From NCBI GenBank assembly GCA_963629575.1, contig CAVGIM010000003.1, positions 6,770-70,769 of the forward strand: a DNA stretch of 64,000 nucleotides, given 5' to 3'. The translations under genes and the position numbers were made by a program. A model generated the notes under the pieces. The model did not search any database and was not told where the DNA came from. It worked only from the letters and a program-made list of their open reading frames with translations. Positions 55,074-64,000 of the stretch are shown one piece after another. This DNA is from Candidatus Methanomethylophilaceae archaeon (GTDB lineage Bacteria > Fibrobacterota > Fibrobacteria > Fibrobacterales > Fibrobacteraceae). The number at the start of each line of letters is the position of its first letter. Within the stretch, counting starts at the first letter, position 1.

Positions 55074-57746
55074 ATGTTCTATCGGATGCTTGGTTTGTTG
55101 CCTGTACGGGTTTTCGGTATCGCGCTGTTGCTGGTGGCGATGGCTTTCGGAAATTCGTGCCCCGAAACGGGGAAGTGCGGCTACTATTCTATCTATACTT
55201 CGCTCGTCGCCTATCTGTGGACCGTTCCCGAATCCGAAAATATCGCGGACACGTCGAAAGCCCTTCGGTCCGCGGAATTTTTGGTCTATGCGCCGAGCGA
55301 TTCCCTGACGCTGAATCCTTGCGAAAAGGATTACTCCGCGGGGACGACGACGTGCGCAAAGACGGAACTTTCGCATCCGACGGCCAAGGTGACTTCGGAC
55401 GCTGTCCGGGGATTTTTCCATGCCAAGGTTTCTTCGAAATTTCCGGTCGAAAATCTCCCGCTCGGCATGCAGTTGAACGAGAGCGCGGCGCCTGTCGTGT
55501 TCCGCTATTATACCTTCTACGTCCCGCACCTGGAATACTCCTATGTGAACGACCGTGGCGATACGGTTGTCATCGATTCGACGACAAGGCTTTCGCTTCC
55601 GGTGGATTCGTCGATGACGGTGATTGTTCGCGCGGTGATCCCAGTCGGCCCGAACGCCGGAAAGACGGATACGACGATTGACAAGCGGGCTTTCTATCTG
55701 GATCCGGTTCGCGGAGCGGAAAACCTGAAGTTCACGACGCTTGCCGGAGATTCGACGGACAGGGTCATTCTGGAAAAGGGCCTTGGGCGTTTCGCCGTTC
55801 GCTCGACGGGCGCGGTTTCCGGCGCGGCGTTTATCGCCAAGGGACTTGTCAATCCTTCGGATTCCACGTTTTTTGTCGAGGAAAAATTTCCGGGAACTTT
55901 CGCGTTTGAAAATCCGTTCCTGCCGACTCTCGACAGCGCCTTTATCTACGATGCGGACGGCGACGGCAAGGGCGACAGCGTCATTGCGTATTTTTCGGGG
56001 AAGACGGATTCCGTTTCGTGGGACAGCATCTTTTATGTTTTTCCGAACGGCGCATCCCGAGCGGAATTTTCGGGGGAATACAAGCGGAAGGGCGGGGTGA
56101 TGGAACTTCTCGACGTGAAGACTTCGCTCTCCGAGACGCTTGGCGACGGGAAACTCGAAGTCTTCGTGAAGTCGAAACTGAGCGGAACATCGGCGGGGCT
56201 TTCGACCGTCCTGGAAGACCGAATCGGTCCCGTCATTCTCAAGGCAACGCTTATCGGGGGAGTTTCCGGTGCGCGCGATACGCTTGTTCTCGATTTCAAC
56301 AAGTCTCTGGATACCGCGTTCTCGGCGGGTTCCGTACTCCGTCTTTCGAATGGCGACAAGGTCCGAATCGAAGCCGTTTCGAAGAATGGCAAGCGGTGGA
56401 CGGTGACGACCGAGCCGGGGGCAGTGAATGTCGGGGATTCCCTTTCCGTCGTTTCGGGGCTTGGCGATTTGGGACTTGTGACCGCCGATGGAAACTTCGC
56501 GACTTTCAACTTGCCCGCGAAAGTCTCAAACGCGGGGCGGGTCTATCTTTCGAACGAGAACAACGGATTTTTCGATACCGATGCGGACGGGCGGATGGAC
56601 TCGGTGACGGTGGGATTCGAAAACCCGATAACCGCGGAAGACCTTGAAAACATGCGCCTCCAGTTTTTCTGGAAGGATTCCGCCGGGAACGAACTGATTG
56701 TTTCGCCTGCATCCAGGGACCTGGTGATTTCCCAGGATGGCAAGCTGGTTTCCTACAAACTTTCCGAAGCGGAACAGGCCAAGGTTAAAAAAGGTCTTAC
56801 CTCCATCGACGATTCCAGAAGCTATGGGTATGCGGCTCTTGAAAATATTTCCGTCGTAAACGGGGATACCGTTTCGACGTTCCAGTATCTCGACATGAAC
56901 GACAGGATTCCTCCCGTGATTCGCTCGACGTTCCTTTCGCCGGAATCGAAGAACGCCCGCAAGGCGGATCGCCTGATAGTAAAGTTTTCCGAGTCCATCG
57001 ACGTGGGGAATATTTCAAATGCGAATTTCCTCGGGTTTGTCATCGGCGGCGACACCGTTTTCTTCGACTTTTCCCATGCGGAATGGAACGATGACCGGAC
57101 GGAAGCGAGCCTTTCGGTCGCATCGGGCGAAAAGCTCCTTTCCCGCGCGAATCCGAACGATTCCCTGTTCATCGTCGCTTCGGCGGTTTCGGACGTTCGG
57201 GGAAATCTCGTCGGGAACAATTCCCGCCTGGTCGGTGTCGAAGGCGATCCGCGCGTGGTGATGGAAACCGCTTCGATTGCCGGCGTGGATCGCGCAGACC
57301 TTTCTGTCGATGGCCCTGCCTTTACCGAGCGACTGCTTCCGAAAGGAACTTCGTCGGAAAAGGAAATGGACGGTTCGCTGGGCGTGATGCTCGATATCGC
57401 CTTTGCGACGATCTTTGACGATTCGACGGGCGAAAATCTGGACTTGGAAAAGGTCGGTCTGCGCTGGTCGATGGAAGTCTATACGAATCTGGGAAACTTT
57501 GTCGCCGGTGGGCATGGGAAGATCCGGTGCGACGATCCCGACTTTGCCGGAAACTGTTTTGAAAACGCCAAGAGGCTCTACCTGCGCTGGAACATGCGTT
57601 CCGCTTCGGGACGAAAGGTCGGCGTTGGCGCCTATCTTGTCCAGTTTCACTTGAAAGTGTATGGGCAAAAGCATTCCTACACCTATGATAAAATCTTCAA
57701 ATGGGGCGTCCACGGTGGCAAGGCGAGCCTTGCTCTAGACGACTGA
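55074..57746 (+). CDS. Large secreted protein with DxDGDG-containing repeats and a fibro-slime-type C-terminal domain
   Basis: Signal peptide; YDADGDGKGDS and FDTDADGRMDS repeats; C-terminal YTNLG...WNMRSASGRKVGVGAY. Confidence 0.65.
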   Translation: MFYRMLGLLPVRVFGIALLLVAMAFGNSCPETGKCGYYSIYTSLVAYLWTVPESENIADTSKALRSAEFLVYAPSDSLTLNPCEKDYSAGTTTCAKTELSHPTAKVTSDAVRGFFHAKVSSKFPVENLPLGMQLNESAAPVVFRYYTFYVPHLEYSYVNDRGDTVVIDSTTRLSLPVDSSMTVIVRAVIPVGPNAGKTDTTIDKRAFYLDPVRGAENLKFTTLAGDSTDRVILEKGLGRFAVRSTGAVSGAAFIAKGLVNPSDSTFFVEEKFPGTFAFENPFLPTLDSAFIYDADGDGKGDSVIAYFSGKTDSVSWDSIFYVFPNGASRAEFSGEYKRKGGVMELLDVKTSLSETLGDGKLEVFVKSKLSGTSAGLSTVLEDRIGPVILKATLIGGVSGARDTLVLDFNKSLDTAFSAGSVLRLSNGDKVRIEAVSKNGKRWTVTTEPGAVNVGDSLSVVSGLGDLGLVTADGNFATFNLPAKVSNAGRVYLSNENNGFFDTDADGRMDSVTVGFENPITAEDLENMRLQFFWKDSAGNELIVSPASRDLVISQDGKLVSYKLSEAEQAKVKKGLTSIDDSRSYGYAALENISVVNGDTVSTFQYLDMNDRIPPVIRSTFLSPESKNARKADRLIVKFSESIDVGNISNANFLGFVIGGDTVFFDFSHAEWNDDRTEASLSVASGEKLLSRANPNDSLFIVASAVSDVRGNLVGNNSRLVGVEGDPRVVMETASIAGVDRADLSVDGPAFTERLLPKGTSSEKEMDGSLGVMLDIAFATIFDDSTGENLDLEKVGLRWSMEVYTNLGNFVAGGHGKIRCDDPDFAGNCFENAKRLYLRWNMRSASGRKVGVGAYLVQFHLKVYGQKHSYTYDKIFKWGVHGGKASLALDD

Positions 57747-57764
57747 CCGGAGGAGGATACCGCT

Positions 57765-60700
57765 ATGAAAAAGATCAGACAAGTAATTTTCGCCCTGGGA
57801 CTTGCTCCGCTTCTTTCCGTGTCTGTACATGCGGAAGAACCGACAATCAATAAGCCGTACAACCCTGCAACAGGTGTCTGGATCCAGCAGGTCGGCGATC
57901 TGTATCCTTCGGCGAGTACCAAGGAAACCGTCTATTACACGCGTTATTCCCAGCAACAGAGCGCGAAGGCTCTCGACTATTACTACGACGGCAACGGCTA
58001 CCTCAAGCTTTCGAACAAGAGGCTTCTCTGCCGGACACGCGGAGCGGACGGCATCGTGCACCATCCGGACGGAGACCTTCTTGTCGCCGGGCAGGACTAT
58101 AACGAGATCTATAAGGTCAACATGAACGCGACGGATACGCTGGCGTCAAAATGCGTTACGAAGACCGTTTCTTCGGGATATAGCGCTTCGACGTTCCACT
58201 TGATGATGAATCCGGACAATTCGGTTCTCTGGTCGGCGGGCATTCCGGGAAACCTGATTCTTTACAAGACGGATTCGACGACTTCGGATCGTCTGAGCCT
58301 GATTCGTCGGGTGAATGTCTCGGGTTCCGTTTCGAATATCACGACGCTTCTCTGGGACAATTCCGGCCAGGCGTTCTATACGCGTTCGAGCAATCTGGGG
58401 ACGATTTCCCGAAATTCGAGCAGCAACGCCCAGTTTGGAATCATCACGGATACGGTCTGCAATGTCAATACAAAGCCTTGTCCGGCACAGAACATTACCG
58501 GATTGAAGACCAAGACGCTGATCGATTCGCTGAAAGGCGCTCACGGGGCGAGCTTCGACGAGTATTCGAACACGATTCTCCTGTTCGGCGATTCCCACAT
58601 CGTGCAGATAGACCCGAAAACGCGCAAGGTGATAGCCGATGTCGATTTGCGAAAGTATCTGTTTCCCGATAGCCTGATGACCGGCAGCTATTCTTCGAAC
58701 GGAGCGGAAACCTCCGGCTATGCGATTCGCGGGTCCTATGAAATCCGCTGGCTTCTGGACCAGGGAACCGCCGACCACAAGGGGCATATCTTTGTCGCTT
58801 CGAATTCCGGGCATTTGATTTTCCTCGACTATACGTCGAATCCGAACAAGCTGATCGACAACAACATTCTTCTGCACGTCCAGTGGATTGACAACTATCT
58901 CGATGACCTGGCACCGATTGCCGGTGCGGGTTCCAACCGTAACTCGGCATCGACGAATTCGGGAACGCTGATTTCTTCGAATTCCCGCAGCTCGTCCAGC
59001 GCGAACGTTTTCCACGAATCTTCGAGTTCCGCCAAGTCTTCGAGTTCAATCGGAGGTGCGGGTTCCAAGTCTTCGAGCTCGGGCGGTTCCAGCCTCAGTT
59101 CTTCCAGCCAGGCGGGAGGGATTTCGAGTTCTTCGAATGGCGGTGGCAGCGGCGCTTCTTCGAGCTCCACGGGCGGCGATGTTCCGGGCCTGTCGAGCGG
59201 CGCAGGAAATTCTTCCGGATCGGATGGCGCGGGTTCTAGCTCCTCGAATGGCGGCGAAGGCGGAATTTCGAGTTCCGCGGGTGGAGAAAATCCGGGTTCT
59301 TCGAGTGATTCCGGCAATTCCTCGAGCTCGGTAAAGGGCGGAGGCGACGAATGGATTCCTCCATGGATCACGGATTCCACGGTCTATGAAGGCTTTGACG
59401 AAGACGGTTCGGAAAATCAGGACGGTTCGGATCTCTATCCGACAAACGACAAGCGCGACAAGGGCGATACGCTCATCATCGGAGGCTCCAAGCTGATTCC
59501 GATTCCCGCGGATTCCTCTGTTTCCGGAAAGATCGTCATCAACGGGAATACCTACGTGACAGGCGGAGGCTCCCAATCGACAGATTTGCCGAGCTACGGT
59601 TCCGATTCGATTCCCGCAAACGGCAGGGAATCGGTCAGCGTCGGCGACGTCATCGAAATAACGCTCGATGCGGACAAGATTCGCGACTACTTCGGCGATG
59701 CGGATTCTCTCTACATTTCCGGTTCCGCGGGGCTAGTCTTCAAGGATCCTTCCAATACGGATGCGCCGGCTTCGAACGTTTCCATCGGCGTTACCGGACA
59801 GGATCAGTCTTTCTGGGTGACGGCGGATACGACGGTGCTTGTGGGAAGCATCTACATCACCGACAAGGACGGACACCTGATTATCTTCGACGGCATCAAT
59901 TTCTATGACCCGATTCCGAAGGCGGAGATTGCCTACATCCAGGATGCGGACGATGACGGTCTTCTGGATTCCCTGGAAGTGATTCTTTCCGACACGATTC
60001 CCGCGGGCTTTTCGGCGACGGGACTTGCCGTGGTCGTAAACGGCGATACCCTTTCGCTTTCCGGAGCGCTTACGGTGTCGGGGTCGAGAATCTATGCGAG
60101 TGCGGCGGAACTAGGGCTTTCCGGAGAGAAATTCCCGGACAACGCGAGGATTATCGTAACCTATACGAATGACGAGACCGGGGCGAATTACAACCGCAGC
60201 ACGAACCTCCTTCTTCTCGGATCCCACGTCATCAAGCAGGCTTACGCGATTCGCAACAAGACGGGAAGGGATTCGCTTTTTGTCGAGTTCAACATCGATG
60301 TCATCCCGGCGGATCTGGGCAGTCCCGAAATGGTCGTGTGGCTGAACGCGATGGGCTTTGACCTGGATGCGGTCAAGATTTACCTGCCGACGAAGAACCT
60401 AATCATTCTGGTTGGCGATTCGCTCGGTCTGAACGGTCGGACCGATTTCGTGACGCTTGCCCCGGGGGCTTCGTTCCACAATCTCTCCTACATCGCGACG
60501 TCGGAATACGAACGCCAGGTTCCCGTAACCGTGACGGATCGCTATCCGGCTGCCGAAGTGGTGGAGTATTACGATATGGACGGAGACGGCCAGCTCGATT
60601 CCATCGCGGTCAAGTTCTCTTCGAAGGTGACTGCGGAAGATGTCGAAAACTTCTACTTCTCGTTCCCGTGGTACAGTTCCCGTGGGCTTCTGATTGAACT

Positions 60701-61760
60701 CCAGGCGCAGCCGCGCGACCTGATCCTGAGCGCAGACGGAAAGAGTGTCGGCTGGGTGGTCAGAAGCAATGTCAATGTCGCTTCGGGCCTGACTAGTATC
60801 GGTTCGAATGTTCCCGCGGCGACGCTCTACACCTACTACGATATTTTTGGCAATACCTTTGTCGCGAGCCAGACGATTGCGATTGCGGACAAGATGGCTC
60901 CGGTCGTCACGGCGGCTTCGCTCCGTTACGGAGATTCCCGCGACACGCTGACGGTTTCGTTCTCCGAGCCTGTCGATTATTCTTCGCTTGTCGGAAACGA
61001 TCTCTTTGCCTATATCCATGGAAGCGATACGATAGACCTTCGGCCTTCCCGGATGCTCTGGGCGGCAGACGGCAAGTCGGTGCGTCTTGTGCTTCGCGAA
61101 TCGACTGACGGCATCGTGCCCGGGGATTCCCTCCTGGTCGTTCGTGGCGCAAAGTCTTCCATTGCGGACCTCTATGGCAACAAGACGGTGGAAAACGCCT
61201 CTCCGGTGGTTATCGGCGGGCTTCTCGGAAAGCTGGTGGAGTCCGTCAACATGGGTTCCTACGATCCGGAAAAGTACATCACCAGTACGCTGAATTCGGT
61301 TTCCATTTCGTATGTGCCAAGCAAGACGCGAACCTCGGACCTGCGCGACGAAGGAACGCTCGGCCACTTGATTTCTCTCGGCGAACGGTTTGTTCCCCAG
61401 CTTATCGACGGCGCGAAGCTCGATGCGGATGGAAACTACGACGCGTCGCTTCTCGACAGCATCGATCCGGGCGATGTCTTCGTGAATTTCAGCGTGAGCT
61501 ACTTTGACAATCTGGGACAGTACGTGACGGACACGACATTCAACATCCCGTGCAACAGCGCGGCGTTTGGAGCAGGGAGAAACTGCCTCACGACGGACAA
61601 GAAGGTGTTTGTCAACTGGAACTACAAGGACCATACGGGTCGTCTGGTCGGTTCGGGCGTGTACATTGTCGAATTCAAGCTGGTCGTTCGCTACAAGCAG
61701 AAGAAGGTCCAGGAAGAAATGCGCGACAAATGGGGCGTTCGCCGTAAAAAGAGCAAGTAA
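57765..61760 (+). CDS. Large secreted protein: N-terminal beta-propeller-like domain, Ser/Gly linker, DxDGDG repeats and the same C-terminal domain
   Basis: GGAGG RBS; signal peptide; QDADDDGLLDS and YDMDGDGQLDS; C-terminal FDNLG...WNYKDHTGRLVGSGVY. Confidence 0.65.
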   Translation: MKKIRQVIFALGLAPLLSVSVHAEEPTINKPYNPATGVWIQQVGDLYPSASTKETVYYTRYSQQQSAKALDYYYDGNGYLKLSNKRLLCRTRGADGIVHHPDGDLLVAGQDYNEIYKVNMNATDTLASKCVTKTVSSGYSASTFHLMMNPDNSVLWSAGIPGNLILYKTDSTTSDRLSLIRRVNVSGSVSNITTLLWDNSGQAFYTRSSNLGTISRNSSSNAQFGIITDTVCNVNTKPCPAQNITGLKTKTLIDSLKGAHGASFDEYSNTILLFGDSHIVQIDPKTRKVIADVDLRKYLFPDSLMTGSYSSNGAETSGYAIRGSYEIRWLLDQGTADHKGHIFVASNSGHLIFLDYTSNPNKLIDNNILLHVQWIDNYLDDLAPIAGAGSNRNSASTNSGTLISSNSRSSSSANVFHESSSSAKSSSSIGGAGSKSSSSGGSSLSSSSQAGGISSSSNGGGSGASSSSTGGDVPGLSSGAGNSSGSDGAGSSSSNGGEGGISSSAGGENPGSSSDSGNSSSSVKGGGDEWIPPWITDSTVYEGFDEDGSENQDGSDLYPTNDKRDKGDTLIIGGSKLIPIPADSSVSGKIVINGNTYVTGGGSQSTDLPSYGSDSIPANGRESVSVGDVIEITLDADKIRDYFGDADSLYISGSAGLVFKDPSNTDAPASNVSIGVTGQDQSFWVTADTTVLVGSIYITDKDGHLIIFDGINFYDPIPKAEIAYIQDADDDGLLDSLEVILSDTIPAGFSATGLAVVVNGDTLSLSGALTVSGSRIYASAAELGLSGEKFPDNARIIVTYTNDETGANYNRSTNLLLLGSHVIKQAYAIRNKTGRDSLFVEFNIDVIPADLGSPEMVVWLNAMGFDLDAVKIYLPTKNLIILVGDSLGLNGRTDFVTLAPGASFHNLSYIATSEYERQVPVTVTDRYPAAEVVEYYDMDGDGQLDSIAVKFSSKVTAEDVENFYFSFPWYSSRGLLIELQAQPRDLILSADGKSVGWVVRSNVNVASGLTSIGSNVPAATLYTYYDIFGNTFVASQTIAIADKMAPVVTAASLRYGDSRDTLTVSFSEPVDYSSLVGNDLFAYIHGSDTIDLRPSRMLWAADGKSVRLVLRESTDGIVPGDSLLVVRGAKSSIADLYGNKTVENASPVVIGGLLGKLVESVNMGSYDPEKYITSTLNSVSISYVPSKTRTSDLRDEGTLGHLISLGERFVPQLIDGAKLDADGNYDASLLDSIDPGDVFVNFSVSYFDNLGQYVTDTTFNIPCNSAAFGAGRNCLTTDKKVFVNWNYKDHTGRLVGSGVYIVEFKLVVRYKQKKVQEEMRDKWGVRRKKSK
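58930..59345 (+). repeat. Low-complexity Ser/Gly linker-coding region
   Basis: Repeated SSSS/GG blocks (TCTTCGAG-type units). Confidence 0.8.
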
Positions 61761-61788
61761 CGGTTCCAGTCTTTCCTATATTTTCGCC

Positions 61789-62547
61789 ATGCTTAAAATA
61801 GGTAAGATCGAGACTGCCTTGAATGAGTCTATCGAAAAGCGCGGCGCCCTCTTCGCCGTGCTGCTCGATCCCGACACATCGGACGACCGGTCGCTTCTCG
61901 GAGCGGGAACGCTCGCTGCCGAGAACGGAGCGGACGTGCTTCTTGTCGGCGGCTCGTTCATGGGGAACTTCAAGCTCCCTTCCCAGGTCATGGCCTTGAA
62001 GAAGGAAGTCCCGCTTCCTGTAATCCTCTTTCCGGGCGGAGCTTCCCAGGTCGTTCCCGGATTTGACGCGATTCTTTTCACGACGCTTGTGACGGGTCGC
62101 AACCCGAACTACCTGATCGACGAACAGGTCCGTGGCGGCGTCCTGGTGAGGTCACTCGGTATCGAAGCGATTCCGACCGCTTACGAGCTCATCGGGAGCG
62201 GAAAGCGCACCGCCGTGGAATATATCAGCAACACGACGCCTGTTCCGTCGAACAAGCCGAAGCTCTCGATGGTACATTCCATTGCCGCGGAACTGATGGG
62301 CATGCGCTATGTCTATCTCGAAGCGGGATCCGGTGCCGAGACGCCTGTTCCGGTAGAGCATATCGCCTATACGCGAAAGGCGACACAGATGACTATCATC
62401 ACGGGCGGCGGAATTCGGGAACCCGAAGCCGCTTCGGTACGGGTCTCTGCCGGAGCGCAGATTATCGTGACGGGAACGCTCTGGGAAAAGGTAAAGGACC
62501 CGGCGCTGCTCCGCGAGTTTGCTGCCGCTATCCACGTGAAGGGATAG
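61789..62547 (+). CDS. Geranylgeranylglyceryl/heptaprenylglyceryl phosphate synthase (PcrB/GGGPS family, group II-like)
   Basis: LLDPD, LVGGS, ILFPG, RNPNYLI, IPTAY, YLEAGSGA, GGGIR, IVTGT. Confidence 0.9.
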   Translation: MLKIGKIETALNESIEKRGALFAVLLDPDTSDDRSLLGAGTLAAENGADVLLVGGSFMGNFKLPSQVMALKKEVPLPVILFPGGASQVVPGFDAILFTTLVTGRNPNYLIDEQVRGGVLVRSLGIEAIPTAYELIGSGKRTAVEYISNTTPVPSNKPKLSMVHSIAAELMGMRYVYLEAGSGAETPVPVEHIAYTRKATQMTIITGGGIREPEAASVRVSAGAQIIVTGTLWEKVKDPALLREFAAAIHVKG

Positions 62548-62775
62548 TTTCTTTTCGCCTTTCAGATTCCATCCTTGAACGGAATCCGGATTTCCTGGAT
62601 ATCGTCAGAAGTCCAGACGCAAAGTTGGGGAACACACTTCGCGCTTCACCCTCAAACTGCTGACTCCTTTTTCTCTTCGTTGACAGATACCGGGCGAAAA
62701 TTTTTCAGGTGGCCTGACGCTTTTCTTCATTAATGTGTATTTTTTCCATGAATGGCTTCTTTTTGGAGATTTTTT

Positions 62776-63012
62776 ATGGACAAGAAAGTTGGAATGACAT
62801 ACGCGCTTCGGATTCTGGGTGTCCTGCTCGTTCTGATGTACTTTTTCGGGCATCCGCTGCTCAACTGGATCTTCCCGGGATTTCCCTTCTCCTCCCTCAA
62901 CTATTTCTTCTATGCGGGGCTGCTAGTCTATCTGGTCGGAGCCGTACTCTATTACGTTTTCAATCGCAAGACCCTGAAAAAGATTGCAAAGGGCGAAGAG
63001 GACGAAAAATGA
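62776..63012 (+). CDS. Small two-TM membrane protein
   Basis: GGAG RBS; two hydrophobic helices; ATGA overlap with the ABC ATPase. Confidence 0.65.
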   Translation: MDKKVGMTYALRILGVLLVLMYFFGHPLLNWIFPGFPFSSLNYFFYAGLLVYLVGAVLYYVFNRKTLKKIAKGEEDEK

Positions 63013-63923
63013 TCCAGGTCGAAAATCTCCAGAAGACCTATCGGACGGGATTTCTCTTGCGACCGAAAAAGGCGCTTTCGGGGGTGTCGTTTCATGTCCC
63101 GAAAGGCGTCGTCTATGGATTCATCGGTCCAAACGGCGCGGGAAAATCGACGACGATCAAGCTTTTGACAGGACTTCTCCGCAAGGATTCGGGAACGGTT
63201 CTTGTCGCCGGTCGAGACCCTTCGGACGTGGAAAGCCGTCGCCATCTGGGATATTCGCCGGAACAGCCCTATTTTTACGACTATCTGACGGGGCGCGAGC
63301 TGATGCGCTTTTACGGAAGGCTTTGCGGACTTTCCGGCAGCCTTCTCGAAGAGCGCGTGGAATGGGCGCTTTCGCTCTTGAACGCGAACAAGGACTGGAT
63401 AGACAGACGTCTTCGCACCTATTCGAAGGGAATGATGCAGCGCGTGGGAATCGCCCAGGCCATCCTTTCGAAGCCGGAGCTCCTTATCCTGGACGAACCG
63501 ATGAGCGGGCTGGATCCCGTGGGCAGAAAGGATGTTCGCGAAGCGATTCTTTCGCTCAACCGGGAAGGCGTCACGGTCTTCTATTCGAGCCACTTGCTGT
63601 CGGATGTCGAAACGATCAGTCACCGCGTCGCGATGATTGTCGGCGGAAAAATCGTCCGCGAGGGAACGGTCGATGACTTTACGTCGAACGCTTCTGCGGA
63701 ATACCACGTCCACGTTTCGGTGGATATTCCCGAACAGGATGTCCCCGAAGGCGTCAAGTCCCAGGGAACGACTCCGCGGGAATGGGTCTGCCGGGATTCG
63801 CTTGCGCGCGACAGGTTCCTGGATTTTTGTCTTCGGTCGGGGCTTCCCGTGGAATGCGTCGAACACAAGCGCCCAAGTCTCGAAGATGTCTTGACGGAGG
63901 AAATCGCTCGTGCAGAACATTAA
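63009..63923 (+). CDS. ABC transporter ATP-binding protein (PilH/ABC-2 type)
   Basis: GPNGAGKST, YSKGMMQR, ILDEP, SSH. Confidence 0.93.
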   Translation: MIQVENLQKTYRTGFLLRPKKALSGVSFHVPKGVVYGFIGPNGAGKSTTIKLLTGLLRKDSGTVLVAGRDPSDVESRRHLGYSPEQPYFYDYLTGRELMRFYGRLCGLSGSLLEERVEWALSLLNANKDWIDRRLRTYSKGMMQRVGIAQAILSKPELLILDEPMSGLDPVGRKDVREAILSLNREGVTVFYSSHLLSDVETISHRVAMIVGGKIVREGTVDDFTSNASAEYHVHVSVDIPEQDVPEGVKSQGTTPREWVCRDSLARDRFLDFCLRSGLPVECVEHKRPSLEDVLTEEIARAEH

Positions 63924-64000
63924 AAATATCGGAATTATCGCGCTCAACACCTTCCGCGAATCGGTTCGAAACAAGATCCTCTACAATATCGTCTTTCTGG
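63910..64000 (+). CDS. ABC-2 permease (PilI-like), 3' truncated
   Basis: GTG start overlapping the ATPase end; IIALNTFRESVRNKILY is a typical permease N-terminus. Confidence 0.7.
   Translation, partial: MQNIKNIGIIALNTFRESVRNKILYNIVFL

Noticed and set aside
62548..62775. Possible ncRNA or small minus-strand ORF between GGGPS and the ABC operon
   Set aside because: There is only a weak hairpin and an isolated TTGACA, and no recognisable RNA family or supported ORF.

Overview
A gene-dense bacterial chromosomal segment with roughly 55-60% GC in most genes. It most likely comes from the Fibrobacteraceae (Fibrobacter/Hallerella-like), inferred from giant PilX-like and Ser-linker secreted proteins, glycoside hydrolases with a basic C-terminal module, and FCB-type genes such as group II GGGPS. 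Housekeeping content: trpS, asnS, ychF, ruvC, lpxC-fabZ, dapL, thiE, hemW, mpaA, tRNA-Thr(CGT) and tRNA-Gly(GCC). Other content: a three-gene beta-mannanase cluster (GH5 plus two GH26), a cytoplasmic GH8, a LysM/two-component/beta-propeller operon, an orphan family-5 solute-binding lipoprotein, an Rpn-family nuclease, and two large secreted repeat proteins. I see no CRISPR array, prophage, integrase or intact IS. The most notable observations are: (i) two unlinked phage-type primase-helicase fusions, both with eroded primase catalytic motifs; (ii) an AIR-synthase-fold/ThiN fusion co-transcribed with a class III cyclase, facing thiE; (iii) an Rpn gene with an internal RBS and ATG, suggesting an intragenic antitoxin; (iv) nested palindromic and heptamer repeat elements shared between two intergenic regions 20 kb apart; (v) a recurring TAnnTT-N6-9-ATG architecture suggesting leaderless mRNAs; (vi) a shared CBM-like module I cannot assign to a family. 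All calls come from reading motifs by eye; no searches were run.
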